From an uncultured Gemmatimonadales bacterium (GTDB lineage: Bacteria > Gemmatimonadota > Gemmatimonadetes > Gemmatimonadales > GWC2-71-9): 64,000 nucleotides of DNA. Numbering within the stretch: the first letter of the stretch is position 1; each line of letters starts with the position of its first letter. A model generated the notes under the pieces. It worked only from the letters and a program-made list of their open reading frames with translations. It had not been told where the DNA came from and did not search any database. Shown piece after piece: positions 37,452 through 46,594 of the stretch. The stretch is from the NCBI GenBank assembly GCA_963825055.1, contig CAWGSK010000030.1, positions 1 through 64,000 on the forward strand. Reading direction: 5' to 3'. Made by a program: the position numbers and the translations under genes.

Positions 37452-38018
37452 ATGACCACGCACGCCCTGGCGCGGGAAGAATTCGACGCCGTGGTCCTGC
37501 CTCACCTCGACCTGCTCTACCGGACGGCGTTGCGGTTCACGTCCGACCCGGCCCGCGCCGAGGACCTGGTGCAGGATACCATGCTCAAGGCCTACCGCTC
37601 GCGTACCAGCTTCCAGCCGGGAACCAACGCCCGGGCATGGCTGTTGACCATCCTGCGTAACACGTTCATCAACGCGTACCATCGCCGGAAGCGCGAACCG
37701 GTCGCCATGGACATCGAGGCGATGGAATCGAGCCTGCGGCCCCGGCCGGATGACCCGGCCGCCGCCGACGGGGCCTTTCTCGATCACATCGTCGACGAGC
37801 GCATCCTCCAGGCCCTGGATGCCCTTCCGCAGGAGTTCCGGGAAGTGCTGGTGCTGAGCGACGTGGAAAACCTGCCCTACGCGGAGATCGCCCAGGCACT
37901 CGACCTGCCCCTGGGCACGGTGAAGTCCCGCCTCTTCCGTGCCCGGCGTCTCATGCGCGCCGAGCTGTATCGCTACGCCGTGGAGGTGGGTTACCTGTCA
38001 CCCCGGAGGACTCCATGA
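37452..38018 (+). CDS. ECF RNA polymerase sigma factor (SigH/SigR-like)
   Basis: AEDLVQDTMLKAY..FQPGTNARAWLLTILRNTFIN, LSDVENLPYAEIA..PLGTVKSRLFRAR. Confidence 0.93.
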   Translation: MTTHALAREEFDAVVLPHLDLLYRTALRFTSDPARAEDLVQDTMLKAYRSRTSFQPGTNARAWLLTILRNTFINAYHRRKREPVAMDIEAMESSLRPRPDDPAAADGAFLDHIVDERILQALDALPQEFREVLVLSDVENLPYAEIAQALDLPLGTVKSRLFRARRLMRAELYRYAVEVGYLSPRRTP

Positions 38019-38278
38019 CCCATGATCACGATTGCGGCGCCGGGGGAGATCCCTGCGGGGAGGCGATGCGGGAGCTGGTGGACTACCTGAAGGGCGAAGT
38101 CCCCTCCGACGCGGCCGACCGCATCCGGGAACATCTCGCGAAGTGCAGGCCCTGCGAGGGGGAAGCCCACTTCGAGGAACACTTCCTCGCCCTGCTGGAG
38201 ACACGCCTCCGCGGAGAGCGCTGCCCCGACCGCCTCAAGGCCCGGATCCGCGAAGCGCTCGACGCCATCGAGTCCTGA
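38015..38278 (+). CDS. Zinc-binding (ZAS, zf-HC2) cytoplasmic anti-sigma factor, RsrA/RshA-like
   Basis: C..LVDYL.GE..HLAKCRPC (HxxxCxxC), CPDRLKARI; ATGA overlap with sigma. Confidence 0.88.
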   Translation: MTHDHDCGAGGDPCGEAMRELVDYLKGEVPSDAADRIREHLAKCRPCEGEAHFEEHFLALLETRLRGERCPDRLKARIREALDAIES

Positions 38279-38321
38279 CATCCCCAGCCTGCCCCTTGCC
38301 ATCCTGCTGTCCGGTGCCGTC

Positions 38322-39044
38322 GTGGCCGGTGCGGCACTTACCGGTCACCTCGGACGATCAGGCGCCGCCGCAGCCATGCTGGTAGGCACCGCCGTGCTCA
38401 CGGGCGCGGGTTACGCGGGAGGCCTGACCCTCCTGCTCTTCTTCGTAGGCGCCTCGGCCGTCGGGCACCTCGCGCCCGACCCGGCCCGCCACCTCGGCGC
38501 GCGGGGCGGCCGCCGGGATGCCTGGCAGGTGCTCGCCAACGGCGGCGCCGCCGCCGTTTCCGCCCTCCTCTTCCCCGGTCCCCTGGCGCTCTGGATGGTG
38601 GTTGCGAGCCTCGCGGCTGCCGCCTCCGACACCTGGGCCTCCGGCCTTGGCGCCCTCTCGCGCCGGGAGCCCCGCGACATCCTCCGGTGGCGGACGGTGC
38701 CGGCCGGTACCAGCGGTGGCGTCACCGCGCTGGGGACCGCCGGGGGACTGATCGGCGCCCTGACAGTGGCGCTCCCCCTCGGCCTCCTGACCCGGGCCGC
38801 ACCCCCGGCCGCGGCCGCAATGGGGATAGGTTTCGGGGGGATGCTGCTGGACTCGCTCCTGGGCGCCTGGCTGCAGGGCAAATTCGCCTGCCGACGGTGC
38901 GGGATGAACAGTGAGCGCCGGCGGCACGCATGCGGAGACCTGACAGAGAGGACCGGAGGCCTGACATGGCTCACCAACGACGGCGTGAATGCAATCGTAA
39001 CGGTTTCGGCCGCTGCGGTGTCGTGGTGGGCCTGGCCCTGGTAG
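38322..39044 (+). CDS. DUF92 (TMEM19/VTE6-like) membrane protein
   Basis: GRRDAWQVLANGG, SDTWAS, GTSGGVT..GT, DSLLGAWLQ, LTNDGVN; CxxC..HxC insert; true start probably slightly upstream. Confidence 0.85.
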   Translation: MAGAALTGHLGRSGAAAAMLVGTAVLTGAGYAGGLTLLLFFVGASAVGHLAPDPARHLGARGGRRDAWQVLANGGAAAVSALLFPGPLALWMVVASLAAAASDTWASGLGALSRREPRDILRWRTVPAGTSGGVTALGTAGGLIGALTVALPLGLLTRAAPPAAAAMGIGFGGMLLDSLLGAWLQGKFACRRCGMNSERRRHACGDLTERTGGLTWLTNDGVNAIVTVSAAAVSWWAWPW

Positions 39045-39445
39045 CTGCCCTCCTCGGTTGCCGGGCAGAACTCCGATCACCCACCAGCCCGGGACGGGAC
39101 ACCCCTGACATCGGAACAGGCGGGGGCGGGGACGGCCTGGCGGGAAGCCCGCTGGCCGGCTCGTGGGCCGCCACGTTCCTCATCACGCTCCCGACCGACA
39201 TCCAGCAGCAGACCATCACCTGGACGTTCCGCACGGACGGGGCCTGTGCCCGAACCGTCTCCACCTACTCCACACTTGAGGACCGCACGCTCACGACCAC
39301 CTCCACCTGTGCCTGGGCGGCGGACGGGTCGAGCATCACCGTACAGTACGCTGGCAACACCACAGCGGTGACCTTCGCGTGGAGCCTGGCGGGGTTCTCA
39401 CCAGACCGGCTGGTCCTGGACGGAGTCGAGTATGTCCGGCGCTAG
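38966..39445 (+). CDS. Putative lipoprotein, lipocalin-like beta fold
   Basis: GGAGG RBS, hydrophobic stretch and lipobox LLGC; LAGSW..WTFRTDG..W..DG..LVLDGVEYVR. Confidence 0.6.
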   Translation: MAHQRRRECNRNGFGRCGVVVGLALVAALLGCRAELRSPTSPGRDTPDIGTGGGGDGLAGSPLAGSWAATFLITLPTDIQQQTITWTFRTDGACARTVSTYSTLEDRTLTTTSTCAWAADGSSITVQYAGNTTAVTFAWSLAGFSPDRLVLDGVEYVRR

Positions 39446-40661
39446 CGTACCACGTACGGCGGACGTGCTGGTGGCCGGGGCTGGTCCGGCCGGCAGCCGG
39501 CTGGCTGCCCGGCTCGCCTCGGCCGGGTACGACGTCCTGCTGGTCGATCGCGCGGCCTTCCCCCGCGACAAGGCCTGCGCCGAATACATGAGCCCGGCCA
39601 CCCTTGAACTTCTCGACCGGGCCGGTGTCCTCGCGCTGGCGGACGCGGCAGGGGCCAACGCGATCGCGGGCACGTCCGTGTTCGCCCCGCGCGGCTCGCA
39701 CCTGACGGGCCTGTTCGCCCGCGCGGGACATCGACCGTTCCGCGAGACGGGGATGTCGCTGCCCCGCCGGGTCCTGGACCAGCTTCTGCTGGACGCCGCC
39801 CGCGCTGCCGGAGCCCGGGTGCTCGAGCGCACCACAGTCGAGGCGGTTCTCCGCACGGATGGCCGGGTCTCGGGGGCCCGCCTGCGTACCGCCGACGGAT
39901 GCCACCACGAGGTCTCGGCACGGGTCATCGCCGGCACCGACGGGTTGCGCAGCGTGGTCGCCCGGGCAATGGGGCGGCCGCGGCAACTCGCCCCGCGCCG
40001 GATGGCCTTTGTGGCGCACGTGGAGGGCGTTCACGGCCTGGCCGACACCGCACAGATGCACGTCTCCGCCCGGGGATACGTCGGCCTCAATCCCCTTGGC
40101 GGCGATCGGGCGAACGTGTCGCTGGTCCTGGGCCGGGAGCATGCCGTCCGTTCCTCGGGTAGAGTGGAGCCGTTCTTCTTTGAATCGCTGGAGACGTTTC
40201 CAGGGGTGCGTGGTCGCGTGCCGCGCCATGGCCTGGTTCGGGAGGTGCTCGTCACCGGCCCCTTTCACCAGTGGGCTCGCTCCGTCATCACGGATGGCGC
40301 GCTGGTGGCGGGTGACGCCGCCGATTTCTTCGATCCGTTCACGGGCGAGGGCATCTATTGTGCGCTTCGGGGCGCCGAGATGGCCGCCGACGTGCTGGAG
40401 GAGGCACTGGCAATCCCGGGGCCGGTGACGCGGCGCTCGCTCCAGCCCTACGCCCGGCGGCGGCGCCGCGCGTTTGCGGGGAAGTGGGCGGTCGAACGCA
40501 TGATCGGCTACGCCATGAATGCGCCGGCGCTGTTCGACCGGGCCGTCGCACGGCTCGGGCGCCGGGGGTCCATGGCGGATACGCTGATCGGCGTGACGGG
40601 CGACTTCGTCCCGGCGCGCGAGGTGCTGAATCCGCTCTTCCTCGCCCGGATGGTCTGGTGA
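39432..40661 (+). CDS. FAD-dependent oxidoreductase, geranylgeranyl-reductase superfamily
   Basis: DVLVAGAGPAGS, FPRDKACAE, RRVLDQLL, GTDGLRS, GDAADFFDPFTGEGI. Confidence 0.9.
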   Translation: MSGASVPRTADVLVAGAGPAGSRLAARLASAGYDVLLVDRAAFPRDKACAEYMSPATLELLDRAGVLALADAAGANAIAGTSVFAPRGSHLTGLFARAGHRPFRETGMSLPRRVLDQLLLDAARAAGARVLERTTVEAVLRTDGRVSGARLRTADGCHHEVSARVIAGTDGLRSVVARAMGRPRQLAPRRMAFVAHVEGVHGLADTAQMHVSARGYVGLNPLGGDRANVSLVLGREHAVRSSGRVEPFFFESLETFPGVRGRVPRHGLVREVLVTGPFHQWARSVITDGALVAGDAADFFDPFTGEGIYCALRGAEMAADVLEEALAIPGPVTRRSLQPYARRRRRAFAGKWAVERMIGYAMNAPALFDRAVARLGRRGSMADTLIGVTGDFVPAREVLNPLFLARMVW

Positions 40662-41143
40662 CGCCCCCGCCGGTCGATCCCTCTGAGTTCCGGCGCCTGC
40701 TGGGCCGCTTCGCCACCGGTGTGGCCATCGTCACGGCCACGGACACGGACGGGAATCCGGCGGGCATGACCGCCAACAGCCTGACCGCGGTATCGCTCGA
40801 TCCGCCGCTGGTGTCCGTCTGCGTGGATCGCGCGGCAGACATGCATGTCGTGATGGAAGGCTCGCAGGCCTGGGTCGTGAACATTCTCGAATCGGGGCAG
40901 GAGTCCCTGAGCCGCCGCTTCGCCCTCAAGCACCCGGACCGGTTCGAGGGCGTCGGGTTCCGGCAGCAAGAGGGGCTCATCCTGCTCGAAGGTGCGCTCG
41001 CGCACATCATCTGCGAACCATTCGCCCGCCACGCCGTGGGCGACCACACGATCTTCATCGGCCGGGTCGTGGGCGGCGAGACACACCCGGGAGCGCCACT
41101 GCTCTACTATCGGGGCGGATACGCCGGGCTGGGTCGCGGATGA
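40658..41143 (+). CDS. Flavin reductase (HpaC/RutF-like)
   Basis: FRRLLGRFATGVAIVT, GMTANSLTAVSLDPPLV, GDHTIFIGRV, PLLYYRGGY; GTGA overlap start. Confidence 0.92.
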   Translation: MTPPPVDPSEFRRLLGRFATGVAIVTATDTDGNPAGMTANSLTAVSLDPPLVSVCVDRAADMHVVMEGSQAWVVNILESGQESLSRRFALKHPDRFEGVGFRQQEGLILLEGALAHIICEPFARHAVGDHTIFIGRVVGGETHPGAPLLYYRGGYAGLGRG

Positions 41144-41835
41144 CCGACGTGTTGCGCCCCCCTCCCGGCCGTGAACTGCTGGACGATCCCCATGCCGATG
41201 AACGCGCCGCCGGCCTCTCGCTCCACAACATCGCGCGCAGCAACCGCTGGTTCGGGGGCGTTGGCGCCGTCCGGTTCGGGCTGCGCCGGCTCCTCGCGGG
41301 GGCGGGCCTTCCCCGCACCCTGACGCTGCTCGACATCGGAACCGGTATGGGAGATCTGCCCCGCGCCCTGGTCACCACAGCCCGCCGGGCAGGACACGTT
41401 CTCCGGCCATTCGGCGTGGACTGGCTGCGGATCGCGGCCCGGCTGGCCGGGCGCCAGGGCACGCCGACCGTCGTGGCCGACGTTGAGGCGCTGCCCGTCC
41501 GCGAGCAGAGCGTCGACATCGTTCTCCTGAGCCAGTTCCTGCATCACTTCCCGGCCGACCAGGCCTCCAGGATCCTGATAGAGGCCGACCGGATCGCCCG
41601 GCACGGCGTCATCGTGGCGGACCTGCGCCGCAATGGCGCGGCGGTCGCCGGCTTCTGGATCGGGTCACGGCTTCTCGGGTTCGATGCAGGCACCCGCGCC
41701 GATGGCATCACCTCGGTGCGGCGGGGATACAGCCTGCCCGAGTTCCAGGGCCTGTTCCGCCGGGCCGGGGTGAACGCCTCCGTTCACCGGCGGCCGGCCT
41801 ATCGCCTTATCGGCTACTGGCGCCCTGCCCGCTGA
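41140..41835 (+). CDS. SAM-dependent methyltransferase (type commonly found beside type III PKS genes)
   Basis: ELLDDP..SNRWFGG, LLDIGTGMGD, FLHHF, ADLRR, DGITSVRRGY. Confidence 0.85.
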   Translation: MTDVLRPPPGRELLDDPHADERAAGLSLHNIARSNRWFGGVGAVRFGLRRLLAGAGLPRTLTLLDIGTGMGDLPRALVTTARRAGHVLRPFGVDWLRIAARLAGRQGTPTVVADVEALPVREQSVDIVLLSQFLHHFPADQASRILIEADRIARHGVIVADLRRNGAAVAGFWIGSRLLGFDAGTRADGITSVRRGYSLPEFQGLFRRAGVNASVHRRPAYRLIGYWRPAR

Positions 41836-42296
41836 TGCGGACCCTGGACCGGCTGTCCATGCGCGCACCACCGCGGGTGGTGTACGAGGCCGCGCGGGAT
41901 GTCGAGCGCTGGCCGGACGTGTTGCCGCACTATCGGTGGGTACGGTTCCGGGAACGGAGGCCTGATGGCGGCGTGGTGGAGATGGCCGCCTGGCGGCCCT
42001 TCGGGGTTTTCCACTGGCCCACGTGGTGGGTCTCCGAGATGTGGACCGATTCGTCGCTGTACACGGTTCGATACCGTCACGTAGCCGGCATCACCGCGGG
42101 GATGGATGTCCGGTGGGAGATTGTGGAGGATGGCGGAGGTTCCGTCATCTCCATTGTTCACGAATGGACGGGCCCGCGGTGGCCGCTGGTGGGCGGCATG
42201 GCTGCCAGCCTGGTCATCGGACCGGTGTTCATCCATGGCATCGCGTCCCGAACCCTCGCCGGGATTCGCCGGCATGTCGAGCAGTCACATGAATGA
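41835..42296 (+). CDS. SRPBCC/START-fold polyketide cyclase/dehydrase-like protein
   Basis: APPRVVYEAARDVERWPDVLPHY, WWVSEM, RYRHVAGITAGMDVRW. Confidence 0.82.
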   Translation: MRTLDRLSMRAPPRVVYEAARDVERWPDVLPHYRWVRFRERRPDGGVVEMAAWRPFGVFHWPTWWVSEMWTDSSLYTVRYRHVAGITAGMDVRWEIVEDGGGSVISIVHEWTGPRWPLVGGMAASLVIGPVFIHGIASRTLAGIRRHVEQSHE

Positions 42297-43530
42297 ACGT
42301 CGCGTTGTCATCACAGGGCTGGGCCTGATCACGCCGATCGGGACCGGTCCGGACGGTGTCTGGGCCGGCCTGCGCGCCCGGCAGAGCGCAGTCCGGGAGA
42401 TCACCCGCTTCGATCCGTCGCCGTTCCGCAGTCACATCGCGGCGGAGATACCCGAGTTCCATGCGGTGGACCACATGGATTCCCGGCGCGCGCGGCGACT
42501 CGACCGCTTCTCCCAGCTGAGCATCGCGTCCGCGCGCCTCGCCATCGAGGACGCCAGCCTCCGCATCGAGCGGGAGGACTCGGACCGGCTGGGCGCGATG
42601 ATGGGTACGGCGCTGGGGGGCGTGGCGCAGGCGGAGGCCCAGCACGCGCGCTACCTGGAAGGCGGAATCCGGAACGTGGACCCCGCACTCGCGCTGACGG
42701 TCTTCGCGGGGGCGGCAAGCTGCAATATGGCGATCGAATTCGGGCTGACCGGCCCCAACTCCACCAACGGCATGAGCTGCGCATCCGGGACCATTGCCAT
42801 CGGCGATGGTTTCCGGACGATTCGCCGCGGCGAGGCGGACGTGATGCTGGCCGGCGGCATCGAGGCTCCCCTGTCCCCGCTCAGTTTCGGGGCGTTCGCC
42901 ATCATCCGCGCCATGTCCACGCGGAATGAGGCCCCGGGGAGCGCCAGCCGTCCCTTCGATGCCGGACGCGACGGGTTTGTCATGGGCGAAGCCGCCGCCG
43001 TGCTCGTTCTGGAGGAGCGGAGCCGCGCGGTGGCCCGCGGGGCACGGATCTATGCCGAAGTCCTGGGGTACGGCCTCACCAACGATGCGCACCACATGAC
43101 CGCGCCGAGGCCGGACGGGGTCCAGGCCGCCCGGGCGATCCGCCTGGCCCTGGCGGATGCGCACGTGGTGGCCGGAGAGATCGGATATATCAACGCCCAC
43201 GGGTCCTCGACGCCGCTGAATGACCCGACCGAGACCGGGTCCATCCGTCAGGTCTTCGGGGAGCAGGCGGGGCGGATTCCAGTGAGCGGGACCAAGGGGT
43301 ACTATGGGCACGCGCTGGGCGCGAGCGGCGCCGTCGAGGCCGGCATCTGCGCGCTGGCCAGCACGAACGGGTGGCTTCCCCCCACCATCAACCTCACCAC
43401 GCCTGACCCGGCGTGCGACCTCGACTACCTGCCCGGCGAAGGCCGGAAGGCGAGCCCGGAGTTTCTCCTGAGCAATTCATTCGGGTTCGGGGGGATCAAC
43501 GCCGCGCTCGTCTTCCAGCGCGCGAGCTGA
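42289..43530 (+). CDS. Beta-ketoacyl-ACP synthase (FabF / type II PKS KS-alpha-like)
   Basis: RRVVITGLG, SCASG (Cys), SRPFD..RDGFVMGE, INAHGSST (His), GHALGASG (His), SNSFGFGGIN. Confidence 0.92.
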   Translation: MNERRVVITGLGLITPIGTGPDGVWAGLRARQSAVREITRFDPSPFRSHIAAEIPEFHAVDHMDSRRARRLDRFSQLSIASARLAIEDASLRIEREDSDRLGAMMGTALGGVAQAEAQHARYLEGGIRNVDPALALTVFAGAASCNMAIEFGLTGPNSTNGMSCASGTIAIGDGFRTIRRGEADVMLAGGIEAPLSPLSFGAFAIIRAMSTRNEAPGSASRPFDAGRDGFVMGEAAAVLVLEERSRAVARGARIYAEVLGYGLTNDAHHMTAPRPDGVQAARAIRLALADAHVVAGEIGYINAHGSSTPLNDPTETGSIRQVFGEQAGRIPVSGTKGYYGHALGASGAVEAGICALASTNGWLPPTINLTTPDPACDLDYLPGEGRKASPEFLLSNSFGFGGINAALVFQRAS

Positions 43531-43615
43531 CCGCCGCCTTGCTGGGGCCGGGCCCGGCCCCTAAATTGGCCGCCGTTGTGTGGTTCCCCTCCAACTCCAA
43601 CGCGGGATTGTCCTG

Positions 43616-44305
43616 ATGCCGTCGTTACCTCGCCGGGCGGTCGCGGAGCTTGTCGGTACCTTCGGGCTGGTTTTCATCGGCGCCGGCTCGGTCATGATGA
43701 GCACGTACGCCGGAACGAACTACGGGCTCCTTGGGATCGCCCTGGCGCACGCGGTGGTCCTGTCGGTCATGGTGACCGCCACGATGAACATCTCCGGCGG
43801 GCACCTGAATCCCGCGGTCACGGTCGGCTTCATCGTGACGCGCCGTATCGACGCGATATCGGCCATCACCTACCTGCTGGCCCAGCTCGCCGGCGCCGTC
43901 CTCGCCGCCGCCCTGCTGCACTACTTCATCCCCGCCAACCTGTCGCGCGTGGGCGCGCTGGGCACCCCGCTCATCTCGGGGAACGTCACGCTCGGCATGG
44001 CGATCGGCCTCGAGGCGGTACTCACCTTCTTCCTGGTGTCGGCCGTGTTTGGCACCGTCGTCGCGGTTGACGCCCCGAAGGTCGGCGGTTTCGGTGTCGG
44101 CCTCGTGCTGCTGTTCGACATCCTGGTGGGCGGCCCGCTGACCGGCGCGGCCATGAACCCGGCACGCGCCTTCGGCCCGGCCCTGGTCAGCGGGACATGG
44201 ACCGGACACGTCGCCTACTGGGCGGGACCGCTCCTCGGCGGGATCGTCGCGGCGCTGTTGTGGGACCTGGTGCTGCTGAGGGAAACGCATGACCGGAAGG
44301 TGTGA
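43616..44305 (+). CDS. Aquaporin / MIP channel
   Basis: AELVGTF, ISGGHLNPAVT, GAAMNPARAFGPA. Confidence 0.95.
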   Translation: MPSLPRRAVAELVGTFGLVFIGAGSVMMSTYAGTNYGLLGIALAHAVVLSVMVTATMNISGGHLNPAVTVGFIVTRRIDAISAITYLLAQLAGAVLAAALLHYFIPANLSRVGALGTPLISGNVTLGMAIGLEAVLTFFLVSAVFGTVVAVDAPKVGGFGVGLVLLFDILVGGPLTGAAMNPARAFGPALVSGTWTGHVAYWAGPLLGGIVAALLWDLVLLRETHDRKV

Positions 44306-44395
44306 AAGAAGTGAATAGTGAGTAGTGAGTAGTGCTTCAGTGCCGGGATCCCGCCTTAAAGCACTAATCACCACCCACTATTCACTATTCACTAC
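44306..44395. repeat. Inverted heptamer-array element (TAGTGAG/A)n ... (C/TTCACTA)n
   Basis: gaagtgaatagtgagtagtgagtagtgctt ... aagcactaatcaccacccactattcactattcactac between convergent genes. Confidence 0.85.
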
Positions 44396-44519
44396 GCACC
44401 GCTTTCTTCTCCTGCCGCCGCGTCCGCACCACCAGGCTCACCGTGTAGCTCAGGTAAACCACCGCCGTCACGATGTAGGCCGCCACCATGTAGCTGCCGT
44501 TGTCCGGAAGGCTATGCAC
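44385..44519 (-). CDS. ccmD: Small membrane protein, probable heme exporter protein CcmD
   Basis: Manual translation (V/M)HSLPDNGSYMVAAYIVTAVVYLSYTVSLVVRTRRQEKKAVRSE; Y-x-x-A-A-Y plus one TM plus basic tail; directly after ccmC with GGAGG RBS. Confidence 0.65.
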   Translation of the reverse strand: MHSLPDNGSYMVAAYIVTAVVYLSYTVSLVVRTRRQEKKAVRSE

Positions 44520-45210
44520 CGGTCCCCTCCTCATCCAGTGTCTGCAGCAGCGCCAGCCCGTAGCGCCACGTCACGAATCCCAGGTACAGCAGCGTCGCCA
44601 CCCCGAAGGAGATGAGGAGCGTCCGCAGCATCACGGGCGGCAGGGAGGGTGCGCTCGGCTTGAGCACGATCGGCTGGGGATGGAGCGTGCGGAAGAGATA
44701 GACGCTCAAGTGGATGAAGGGCACCAGCACCAGGCCGAGGATTCCCACCACCGCGCTGAACCGGGCGCGCTCATCCGGGTCGGCGATCGCCGCCCGGAGC
44801 ACGCGGTAACCCACGAAGAGGAAAAACAGGAACAGCGTGAGGGTGAGGCGCGCGTCCCAGGTCCACCATGCGCCCCAGATTGGCTTTCCCCAGATGGGGC
44901 CGGTGGTGAGCATGATGGCGCTGAAGGCGAGCCCGACCTCGGCGGAGGAGGCGGCGAAGAGATCCAGCCGCCGGTCCCGCAGCCAGAGGTAGAGGATGCT
45001 CACGATACCGACCAGCGAGAACGCCAGCAGGGCGGACCAGGCGGCCGGAGCGTGGATGTAGAAGATCTTCTGGGCCAGGCCCTGCCGCGCCTCGATCGGC
45101 GTGTAGCGCAGGGCCAGGACGTAGACGACCGCCAGGCCCAGAAGGGCCAGGCCCGTGATCCACATGCCCCGGCGAATCGTCCGGCGGGCCTGCGCATCGC
45201 TCAGGATCAT
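44512..45210 (-). CDS. ccmC: Heme exporter protein CcmC
   Basis: IFYIHAP, TGPIWGKPIWGAWWTWDARLT (WWD motif), RTLHP. Confidence 0.93.
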   Translation of the reverse strand: MILSDAQARRTIRRGMWITGLALLGLAVVYVLALRYTPIEARQGLAQKIFYIHAPAAWSALLAFSLVGIVSILYLWLRDRRLDLFAASSAEVGLAFSAIMLTTGPIWGKPIWGAWWTWDARLTLTLFLFFLFVGYRVLRAAIADPDERARFSAVVGILGLVLVPFIHLSVYLFRTLHPQPIVLKPSAPSLPPVMLRTLLISFGVATLLYLGFVTWRYGLALLQTLDEEGTGA

Positions 45211-45887
45211 TCGTCCACCACGAAAGCGAAAAGGAGGGTCGAGAGTACCAGGAACACCACGTCGTATACGGCGAGTAACCTAAGCCAGCCCATCAACTCA
45301 CTCAACGGCCTCCCGCTCAGCAGCCGGGACGTTGCCTGGGCCGCCGCGAGCAGGGGCGGCACCATGAATGGCAGGAGCATCACCGGCAGCATGAGCTCGG
45401 CAAACCGGGTGCGAACCGCCATGGCGCTGAACATGGTGCCTGCGGCCACGAAACCGATTGTCGCCAGGGCGATCACGGCGCTGATTCCCGGTAGCGCGTG
45501 CCCCAGGTCGACATTGAAGAAGAGCACGAAAAGGGGGACGGTGATCAACTCGACGATACCGACGAAGACCAGGTTCGCCACGACTTTCCCGAGGTACAGT
45601 GCCTCCCGCGGCACCGGCGCGAGGCGCAGGCCGGAGAGCGCGTCGTGTTCGCGCTCCACATGGAATGACCGGTTGAGCGTGATCACCGCCGCGAAGGCTA
45701 TCGTCACCCACAGGACGCTCGGCGCCAGGTCCACCATCGCGGTGGCAGTGGGGTCGCGGGAGAAGTTGAACACGACCAGGACCAGTGCGGCGAACGTCAC
45801 GGAAGACAGCAGCGCGGTCCGGCTGCGGAACTCGAGCCGGAGATCCTTGGCGGCCACTACCAGGGCCAGACGGAGCGCGCGGATCAT
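45207..45887 (-). CDS. ccmB: Heme exporter protein CcmB
   Basis: KDLRLEFRS, LNRSFHVERE, YLGK, MLPVMLLPFMVP. Confidence 0.9.
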   Translation of the reverse strand: MIRALRLALVVAAKDLRLEFRSRTALLSSVTFAALVLVVFNFSRDPTATAMVDLAPSVLWVTIAFAAVITLNRSFHVEREHDALSGLRLAPVPREALYLGKVVANLVFVGIVELITVPLFVLFFNVDLGHALPGISAVIALATIGFVAAGTMFSAMAVRTRFAELMLPVMLLPFMVPPLLAAAQATSRLLSGRPLSELMGWLRLLAVYDVVFLVLSTLLFAFVVDE

Positions 45888-46594
45888 CCGGCAGCCTCCA
45901 GGCACCGCCGCTCGAATGCCTGCACGTCACCCTTCCTGGCCTCGGTAAACGCCCAGGACCCACCCGCCAGCAGGGCCACGTGCGTGGCCTCGGCCCAGAC
46001 CTCGGTCGGCTGGTGGGTCACCACCAGCGCGGAGCCGCCGGCATCGCGGTGCCGGGCCAGCTGTCGCCGCAGCGTGCCGGAGGAATGCGAATCGAGCCCC
46101 GTAAAGGGCTCGTCCAGGAGGAGCAGGAGCGGGGAATGCAGCAGCGCCCGGGCCACTGCCGCCCGCTGGCGCATCCCCCGGCTCAGGCTCCGGAGGAGGT
46201 CATCGGCCCGGGGGCCGAGGTCGGCCAGCTCGATACCCGCAGCAGCGATGGTGGAGGGCATCGCGAGATCGTGGCATCGCGCCGCGAACACCAGGTTCTC
46301 CCGGAGGGTCAGGTCGTCGTACAGCATGGTCTCATGCGCCACGTACCCGATACCGCGCCGGGTCTCCGGGTCGCGGCGGTCGAGCGCAATCCCGCCGATC
46401 CGCACCGTGCCGGACTGGGCCGCGAGCAGGCCGGCCAGGATCCGGAGCAGCGTGCTCTTCCCCGAACCGTTCCGCCCGGCCACCAGCCACAGCTCTCCCG
46501 CTCCGACGGTGAGGTCCAGGTCGCGGAAGACCGTGACCCGCCCGAATCTCCGGGTCAGCCCGCGGGCTTCGACGGTCGGTGCCTCAGGCGGCAT
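45884..46594 (-). CDS. ccmA: Heme ABC exporter ATPase CcmA
   Basis: GRNGSGKST, LSRGMRQR, LLDEPFTGLD; upstream of ccmBC. Confidence 0.88.
   Translation of the reverse strand: MPPEAPTVEARGLTRRFGRVTVFRDLDLTVGAGELWLVAGRNGSGKSTLLRILAGLLAAQSGTVRIGGIALDRRDPETRRGIGYVAHETMLYDDLTLRENLVFAARCHDLAMPSTIAAAGIELADLGPRADDLLRSLSRGMRQRAAVARALLHSPLLLLLDEPFTGLDSHSSGTLRRQLARHRDAGGSALVVTHQPTEVWAEATHVALLAGGSWAFTEARKGDVQAFERRCLEAAG

Noticed and set aside
36705..37787. ORF-track N-terminal extensions (this 360-aa ORF; also 42106, 47720, 58730, 60060, 63412 starts)
   Set aside because: Extensions overlap neighbouring genes and lack family similarity; downstream starts with RBS or stop/start overlap were preferred
38275..38322. 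Possible second homopolymer frameshift at the DUF92 start (CTGACATCCCC)
   Set aside because: The open frame upstream of GTG 38322 can be explained by an alternative start codon; cannot be distinguished without reads or orthologs
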